DNA from: Takakia lepidozioides
Taxonomy: Eukaryota; Plantae; Bryophyta
Length of the DNA: 64,000 nt
Direction of reading: 5' to 3'
Assembly (NCBI GenBank): GCA_030704615.1
Contig: CM060731.1
Location: 7,564,001-7,628,000, forward strand
Position numbers and translations under genes: made by a program. This document shows positions 26,400 to 34,651 of the stretch, one piece after another (the stretch's first letter is position 1; every line of letters starts with the position of its first letter). The notes beneath the pieces are model-generated. The model had not been told where the DNA came from, ran no database searches, and saw only the letters and a program-made list of their open reading frames with translations.

Positions 26400-26960
26400 C
26401 CTTTCATAGAAAAGTCGAAACTAATTGTTCTAGACCTGAACGGGATCCTGTGCCACTCTATTCCTAACTTTCAGCCCAACCCGAGGCGTCATTGGCCATG
26501 GGTGTTGACCACCAACAAGTATGTTTTCCCAAGGCCCCAGGTCTGCGAGTTTTTAAACCTTCTCTTCCGGTATTTCTACGTTGGGATATGGTCCTGTGCT
26601 TCCAAGGGGAATGTTGCAGACATCTTCAAAGTGGTGCAGGGGGTCAAGGGTTCTCCCCTCTTTGTGTGGTCACAAGAGGAGTGTGACCCCTTGACAGAGC
26701 CACACCCCACAAAAGGGCCTGCCGTACAGAACTTACAGAAGAGACTGTCGAGGGTGTGGTCGGAATTTTCTGGATTTAACGAATCCAACACCTCCTAGTG
26801 GATGATTCACCACACAAGGGGAGGGGGAACTCCCCTTTGAACATGGTCCATCCATTGTCGTTTGATGTCACTGGCAATGTCAGTGAGGGGCCCGATTCAG
26901 ACTACCTTTTAGAAACAGTCTGGCCCTACTGCCAAGATTTGTTTTGCTCCAAGGATGTGC
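26400..26960 (+). pseudogene. FCP1/NIF-like HAD-superfamily phosphatase domain inside the CACTA
   Basis: KLIVLDLNGILCHS, FPRPQVCEFL, FYVGIWSCA, LFVWSQEEC, KRLSRVW, F..SNT-(frameshift/stop)-DDSPHK...N...HP.SF: motifs occur in the order typical of the DLNG-type NIF/FCP1-homology family. Confidence 0.8.
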
Positions 26961-29677
26961 GTGTCTTCACAAGCACGCGGAAGCTGACCCCGACTGGCAG
27001 CTTGAATGTGGGAGAGGATGGGGTCGTTGGGGGAAGTACTTCTGCCCATGCAGGTGAAACTAACCTTACTGTTTGCAACATGACATCGAAGCCAAAGTCC
27101 ATGTTTGTTTTGTTCCCCCCGGATGCCCTCTCACGCAAGGCTGGCACTATATGTTTTGCAGGGACCACATGTACAGGGAGTGGCAGTGGGGTCGAATGTG
27201 AAGAAGGTGGGTCCTGCGCCGACCATAGTGCTACGGCGGCAGCATTCCGGATTCCCCCCCCGGCATGAGGAGGCAGCGCCCAAGGTATGGTTGTTCCCAG
27301 CCCCTCTCCGCAAACTTACTTGGTTGGTTTCCTTTATGGATACACTTCCTGAAGCGTTGCAATGTGTATTCATTGCAGGTGAGCAAGAGGAGTGGGCTGT
27401 CCCCGGCACCATCATCGCAGCAGGACGTGGTTCCCCAGGCATGCATTCATGGCTCCTTGCTTTGCCTGGCTGGTTTTTAGTAGGGTTATTTTTGCCAGGA
27501 AGTTGTAGTGCTAGGGTCTGAGCAGGGTGTTTGTTAGCTTGCTCCGTGGAGGTGTGTTTATACCATTGCAACCACCAGAGTTCATGTTATTCTTATCCGT
27601 CTGACTAAACCTCTTTTTGCTGCTGCTGCAGTTGAAGACACGTGGGCAGCTTTCCTCAGTTGCCACCCTCAGCGACGAGCTTCGCTTCAAGGTACGTTGG
27701 TACACCGTGAATTGGCTGCTGATTCAGTATTGTGGCAACCAAGATCGTTTCCATGCCCAGCTGCGCTTGACTTTCACCCTGTCATTGCTATGTTTGTTGC
27801 TGAGTGGACCCTGATGTTGGTGTCTGCAGATATCAGATCCTGTGTTTCTCCTGAACCCCCATGACAAGCGGTCAAAGACAGCCGCCGCCAAGGCGGAAGT
27901 GGTGGGAATAGCCGGGGTTGACAAGTTCCACTGCAAGGACATTCGATCCGGGTGGTACAAGGTGAAAGTCCACGAGATCATGCTTCCAAGTGTTACATTG
28001 CCTTGCCCAAATGTGGACGATGCCCCCCCCAGACCACACTAGCGCACGTGAAAGGCACGGTGACTCTGTGGCCAGAGAAGAGTATGAGGAAAGGTGAAAG
28101 TATCAAGTGACATTTCATGTTTGTAGTCCCTGTTGGGTGTGTAATGATACTCATAGAAGTGTGTATGATACTCACGTTACCAGTTTTGAACATTTGGGCC
28201 ATGACAGTTTAAGTGATGTCCGGCAACCATGTATGTTGGCATTTAGTCTTGCTCATATGCAGGTGTGCCGTGACGGTCTCTAATTTGAATGTAATATCAC
28301 ATTTCCTGACTTGTCGTCGTGTCCGTCCACCTTCTATGTGTATGTGTGATGGTCTTTGGTCTCCCTGTTGCCTCGTCTATTTGGTTCATTAGCGTGATGT
28401 TGTGCATGCATCGTGGTCTGTGTTCTCAGTCTCGCCCAGTATCATTGCTTCTCAATTCCCCCTGCATATGGGTGAACCACTAAAACCAGTAGAATGCATC
28501 AGAACCATATTTTCAGCTTAGAATGCAGGTCAGTTGGAAACTCACACAAACCACTACAAGTGCTCATTTTTGCTTTCCTACTGTAGTGCAACCAACTAGC
28601 ACAGTGGCAGCGGAGTTGGCCAAAGCAGTCCCGAGATGGCACAAGCACTCTGCGTCTTTCCACTAGCAGTCGTACCCGTCACTGCCATTGCGTGGGGACG
28701 ACGCCACGCGTCGACCCACACACTCTCCACGTGGTCCCCGTGGATTCGTCTGCCGGAAGTTGTGCAGTTGACTTCGCCAGTGGCTGTTGCGACGTCACAT
28801 GCAGCACTCCAAGTGATGTGGCCGACTGCGATGTGGCGTCTTGGGCCGTGGCCAGCGGCAGCATTGCCGCTCGTCGCGGCGCCGCCACATCGGCATCCAC
28901 GTCCGCGTCCATGTGTGTCACCGCGCCCCGGGTGAGTCAGTCCACTCATCCGGAGGGAAAAGTCAAAGTCAGCCCAAAAGGTCAGACACACGGGCGGCCC
29001 GCCTGGTTACGCCACGTGGTTCTTCAGCATTAATCGCATTAATCGCTGAGCAGTTGTTCGCGCGTCTGCGTCCTTTACCACTCCAATCATTGGATGTCCA
29101 ACCCAACTACCACGTCTGTTGTAACTAGTCTGTTGTAACTTCCAGTCGATCCCAGTTTTTTGACTTTTACGACTCAAAATGAGTCGTTACCCCAGTGGTA
29201 AATGACACGAATGCTTCTAGTGCATGTTGAATTTCAGATGGACAAACATTTCAGAGATACTACTGGCACTTCGAGTCAAATCAGATATCTCCGGTGCTAA
29301 GACATAGCTTACTAATTGTGGGTTATGTGGGAGACAAAAGATATTAGTGAGTTTGGGTCTTCGCAAGAGGCAGCCCGCACATTTGTTCTTTGTGCTCTCT
29401 TTGTGCTCTGATACTCTTCTTGTTCTGCTTTTGTGCAACAATCAAGCCCATAATGTAAAGCTCTTGAGAGCCATGACATTTGAAAGGGTTGTGTTTGGTA
29501 TGTTGACGTGTTAACTCGGGATTCTCAGCAGGACCAATGTTTGTGGTTGCACGCACAAAGTCAGCACATTCAAGCGTTCCCAGGTATAGTTTATTCATAT
29601 GGATTGAATGATGATTCACAAGGATCGTCTGAATTTTTGACATACTCTTTATCAGTACTGCGTTGTTCTGTCCACAC

Positions 29678-30304
29678 TGTCACGGACATAGCCCAGAGGA
29701 ATTTACCATGAGTAAATACCAGAAGTTACCAAGTTATCATGTTACCGAAAGTTACCATGATTTACCATGATCTACCATGATTACCATTAGTTACCAAGTT
29801 ACCGGGAGTTTACCAAATTACCAAGAGTAACTTGGGAAACTGTTGAAGAAGCTTCCTTTGGAGGAAACTTCTCCATCAAAATACCTCATTTGTTTAAGGA
29901 AGCCTTTCCATCAAGAAACCTTTTGTTTAATCTTGGAAACTTCTCCAGCAAGAAATCTCCATAGGGGAAGCTTCTTAGGGAAGCTTTTTAGTAGCCAGTA
30001 TATATAGGAGGCGAGACTATACACTCTTTAGTCTCGCTAACACCAGTTCAAGCTACTCTTGTTTCCAGTTTCCAGTACTCCAGTCCAGTTCCCAGTACTC
30101 TAGCCCAGTTTCCAGTATCTGGTATTCCAGTCCAGTTTCCAACATTCCAGTATTCAAGTCGTATTCCAATATCTTGTTCATAAAGATCGTCTTGATTCAT
30201 ATTACTCATCGTGCATACGGCCACGCCGACCTTGACTTCTTGTCTAGTCTTGTATCTCTAGTCTGATCACTTGTTTGTGTTCAGTCATGTTCTTGTCCTT
30301 GACA
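29678..30304 (+). repeat. 5' LTR of Gypsy family B
   Basis: TG...CA ends; homologous to the split solo LTR 751-7132; TTACCA-type internal repeats; TATATATA near 29999. Confidence 0.9.
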
Positions 30305-30342
30305 GTTTGACGAGACCAAAGTTTGTTCCTTAGTTAGTTAAG

Positions 30343-30960
30343 ATGGAAGACACATTTGCAGAAATGGTCGCCACATTGCAGAGTCTTCAGCTCCAGATGC
30401 AAGAACTTCATGCATCTACTGCCCAACTACAAGTTGATCAGTCTCAAGATCTTGGCAACGCTATCAACAATTTGCAACAATAAATTTCAGAGTTGAAGGA
30501 GTCGAGCAATGGATCTTCAACCTTACGAGTCCCTACTACAACAAATCCTACTGCAACGGTTCCTCCAAATCTTCAACAAATTACAATGGAACCAAAGGTC
30601 GGCATGCCCGAAAAATTTGATGGGACGAAATCAAGATTTCGCGGTTTTGTTCAACAAGTACGATTGTTCCTACGACTACATCCACAACGTTACCCTGATG
30701 AAGGTATTCAAGTGGGATTCGTGGGCACCCTTCTATCAGGCACTGCCTTATCTTGGTTTGCACCGCTACTAGAAAAAAATTCGCATTTACTATACAATTT
30801 TGAAGCGATCATGTCCGAGTTCACTGCAACGTTTGGAGAGAATGATAGAGAGAGAATTGCAGAGACAAAGATGCGAAATCTTCGACAAAGAGCACGTCCA
30901 GCTTCCGTTTATGCTGCCGAATTTCGACAACTTGCGTGCGACCTCGACTGGAATGAGAAG
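30343..30960 (+). pseudogene. gag: Tcn1/sushi (PEG10-like) Gag, stop at 30481, truncated at a junction with Helitron sequence
   Basis: Coiled-coil N-terminus, then PEKFDG...FVGTLLSGTALSWF...F...FG...LRQ...ASVYAAEFRQLA..LDWNE. Confidence 0.88.
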
Positions 30961-33103
30961 GTTACAAAACCAACGAAGACGTTTTCAAAAAGAATTGTAG
31001 ATACGGATTTCCCGCTATCTTAGTTGAAGAAACGCATTTCGACGATGAAACCGGGCTGCTGCATATAAAACGAACCGACAGATGGTTGAACAACGCAAAT
31101 CCATGGATGTTAGTATCAGGAAGATGCAACCACGATTTGAAATTCATCGGTGCTTCAGGGAAAGACACAAAGGCTCTGATATACTACATCACGGATTACA
31201 TCACAAAATCTTCCGTCTACACATCACACATGTATTCGCTTTTGCAAATAGCCGTAAAAAAGATCAAAACGACTTATGACGATCTATATTCCGAATATTC
31301 AGTTGAGAAAAGCCGCAAATTGTTGATTCGATGTTTAAACACGATCGGATCGCAACAAGAAATCTCGGCGACAAGGGCAGTCAGTTACCTTATGAAATAT
31401 CCACACCATTTGACAGACCACCAGTTTGCATATTTGCCGTGGTATAGTTTATCGGCATAGATTCGCGAACAAGAAAAATCTCAATCGAACAAAGATGGAA
31501 ACAACGATCTGAACAGCACACCTGACGATAACGACCCCGAAAACACCTTCGAAACATTCAAAGTTGAAAGATCCAAACCGAACGACAAGTTGATTATGTA
31601 AAATTTCCGCATCGACTACCAAAGCAGGCCACACAAGTTCAAGGAAATGTCACTTTACGAGTTCTGCAGTAAATCGTGCAATGTGAAAAGCCCGTACTAC
31701 TACAAATTTATGCATGAACATTTGCAAAGTGACACCCACAGTGTATATGAATCTCAAGTAACCAAAGTGCCGGTAATACAAGGCTACAAAATACCTTCGA
31801 AAAAAAATGATGCGGCAACGTACGCTCGCGCTGTTTGTATTCTGTTCATGCCATGGAGATCTATCCACGACTTAAGATCGCAACAAACTTGGGAAGACAC
31901 TCTCGACGAACTATATCCAATATGTTCGGAATTCAACAGAAAAATCATCGCAAATATCGGCATGCTACATGAATACAAATAATCACGAGACTCCGACAGA
32001 CTGTTATTGAAGAACGAAAATCCAAACGATGACGAGAACCCAGAAGACATCAACATCGACCCCTTATACAATGAGATGCTAGATGAAATGCACGAAGACA
32101 ATGACGACGATATATATGTGGACAAGAATTCGGCGTCGCAACATACAGAAAACATAGTCACAAATGGCCAGAAGTTACAAATCGAATATCTTATGTGCAA
32201 TACAAACGAAAACAATTACGTGGCCGAAATTATCAACAAGCTCGTTACGGATGCCAACGGGAAAAAATCATCACAACCCCATACCGCACCAAAAATAGGA
32301 ATGGTCCAAACTGCATCCAAAAAATCAAATAGAACCCAGATCAATAAATGGTTGAAAACATTACGCGAATCCAAAATCCCACCCGCTAGCATTGACAACG
32401 AACTGTACAAGTTCGCAAATCCAAATCAGTCATCCAAAAAATTAAGGGAGATTCCAAAAAACGAACCAATGGACATCCCAGATGACGACAATTACGATGT
32501 AGATCCTGATATCGTACACAATGCAGATCAACATCAAATAGCTAAATATTTTGTCATGAAAAAATACAAGCTCAACACTTCGCAGGAAATCAACATTTGA
32601 ACGTTTCATAGACCCACAAAATCACCATCCCGATGTAAGGAAACAAACGTTAATGTACGTGGGAGGTGCTGCCGGAACGGGAAAGACCGAAATAATTAAA
32701 GCAATGCAAACGTATTTCATAAAAACCAAGAGACCAAAAATCCTGAAAATCGGTGCTTACATAGCCAACGCCGCAACCCTCATAGGGGGATCAACCATCC
32801 ACGCTTTATTGGGACTCAAAATCAGCCAGAACATCAATGAATCCGACACAAAAAGTTTCATAAACGAATGGTCGGGAACTAACTATTTGATTATAGACAA
32901 AGTATCTATGGTCGGATGCAACATGATCGCTGATATTCATCTGAAATTACAAAAATTCAAATCAAACATGTTACCATTCGAAGGACTCAATATAATGTTC
33001 ATGGGCGATTTCATGCAGTTCCCACCAGTCACCGACGCGCCTCTCTACTCAACGAACATACAGCCCATATTCACATTCACAAAATACACACAAAAAAAGA
33101 TTA
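30961..33103 (+). mobile_element. Helitron RepHel internal fragment (Rep C-terminal part plus Pif1 helicase N-terminal part), degraded
   Basis: CRYGFP...KRTDRWLNNANP...RCNHDLKFI...ALIYYITDYITK (Rep tyrosine motif); ILFMPWR; GGAAGTGKT Walker A; GGSTIHALL; IIDKVSMV; GDFMQFPPV. Confidence 0.88.
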
Positions 33104-33684
33104 CTGAAATCGGGAATTTGTTCGCATTGCAGACCTTGTAAGTTTCAACTGTCCTGTGGATCGCCATCAAAGCCTTTCCACGTGTTTGTGATTTTGTGAG
33201 GGCTGCTAGCTGGGATGCCAGGGATGATCTGAGGGTGGGAGGCTGGCAAGAAAGAGAAGGAGGGAGAGACGGAACTGAGCTTCTGTAGGCCTTGTTCAAA
33301 TGGTGGTTGTTATGTGATGCATATGGCCAGGGACCTGCATAGCAACAACTTTAGTGGAAGCATTCCTACCACATTGGAGAACATCACAAATCTAAACTTG
33401 TTGTGAGTAATTTATAACCTTGTTGTCATTATTGCAGGTGCAAAGTATCTTACTAGAACTCCAATGACATTCATATTCTGGCAGTGGCGTTGTTGGGGAA
33501 GAAGTATCAGGAACCATTTAGCTTTAAAGTACACATGTTTGTAGGGGATGTCAGTGAAATCTTTGTCACTTAACACCCCCCCACCTCCCCCCCCCACTAG
33601 CCCCACGCCCCTTACAGCAGCCTACCTGTGGTATTGAAATGGTGGAGTGTGGGAAGAGTCCGTCTTCAGTCTATACTTTGTGCC

Positions 33685-34612
33685 TGTCGAGCGGCTTTTA
33701 CTCACCCATCCCTTCGCTATCCGAGGTGGGAACTCCAAGATAGAAGAGTTGGAAATCTCTAAGCACTCAGCCCGCTCAGAACAATCAGTCATGACCTACA
33801 GCTAGTGTATCATGGGGATGTTTCCCTATTTGTACTCCTTCCCACATTCATGTTAGCGAGTTACCTTACTATCTGCAATTAAGCATCAGTTTGCTTCAAA
33901 TTCTATCAAGTTCCATCCATTCATTCATTCCACAGTTTCACTCAGGTCTCTCTACACAGTGTGAGTATGAAGTATGTATCAGATTAATATCTATCAAGTA
34001 TCAGGCTGAAGCCATGGTGTCTCTAATCTACTCTACATTACAATTCTACAGCTTGCATTCATGAAGTAACAACAGATCGTCACTTCTCCTACTGCGTGCT
34101 CTTCATCTTTCCATTCAGAGATGTGCTCTCCCCTCTATTTCCCAGCCCTGATGTAAGAAGTCCCCCACCAAGAAGTGACCCCCCCCCCCCAAAGTGATTT
34201 CTCGTCCTCCCGCTCTTCACTTTTTCCACTACAAGTTGTTGTTTCTAACGGCTTTCCTAACTAGCCGTCATCCCTGTAGTACACGTTCATTTTTCAGATG
34301 TCGTTCCCAGTTCCCAGCTGTGCCGAGCTGTGACTGGCTGTATCAGGCTGTGGCGGGCTGTGACTGGCTGTGCAAAGCTGTGGCGGCTGTGTCGGGCTGT
34401 GACGGGCTCTGTCGGCTGTGTCGGACTGTGACGGGCTATGTTGGCTGTGCGAAGCTGTGACGGGCTGTGATGGACTGTGTCGGGCTATGTATCTCCCCCC
34501 TAAAGCCTGTTGCTGTCACCCCTAAGGCTCCTGATGGTCTCAGTCTGTGTAAAAATTAAGGGTACCCCACAGATCCCGTAAAAGCGTCTAAGTCCCAAGC
34601 AGCCCTCTAACA
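33685..34612 (-). repeat. 3' LTR of C (contains a GGCTGTG[T/A]CG 10-mer tandem array at about 34315-34490)
   Basis: Direct repeat of 40221-41162. Confidence 0.95.
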
Positions 34613-34651
34613 TTTACCCCTCCCCCTCTCAAAAAGCCGTGTCCTCACGGT

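Larger units (their letters stand above)
22549..28110 (+). pseudogene. CACTA TnpA-like multi-exon gene (Transposase_24-like core, FCP1/NIF-like domain, C-terminal Tnp1/En/Spm-like domain); exon structure approximate
   Basis: Exon ending at GTGAGT near 22845; 24981-25471 encodes RAKLKDKW...PAYWDKLVAYWESP...KQARACVTNPSRWGRAG, ending at GTAATC; small exon about 25652-25748; 27830-28110 encodes WYKVKVHEIMLPSVTLPCP...GTVTLWP. Splicing into one gene is inferred. Confidence 0.62.
7566..29222. mobile_element. CACTA (En/Spm) DNA transposon, about 21.7 kb including nested A2
   Basis: Perfect 18-bp TIRs CACTAGAAGCATTCGTGT (7566-7583) / ACACGAATGCTTCTAGTG (29205-29222); 3-bp TSD CAT (7563-7565 / 29223-29225); internal TnpD transposase. 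Confidence 0.95.

Noticed and set aside
29236-29590. Possible N-terminal exons of the LRR gene
   Set aside because: Only vague similarity and in-frame stops; cannot be supported.
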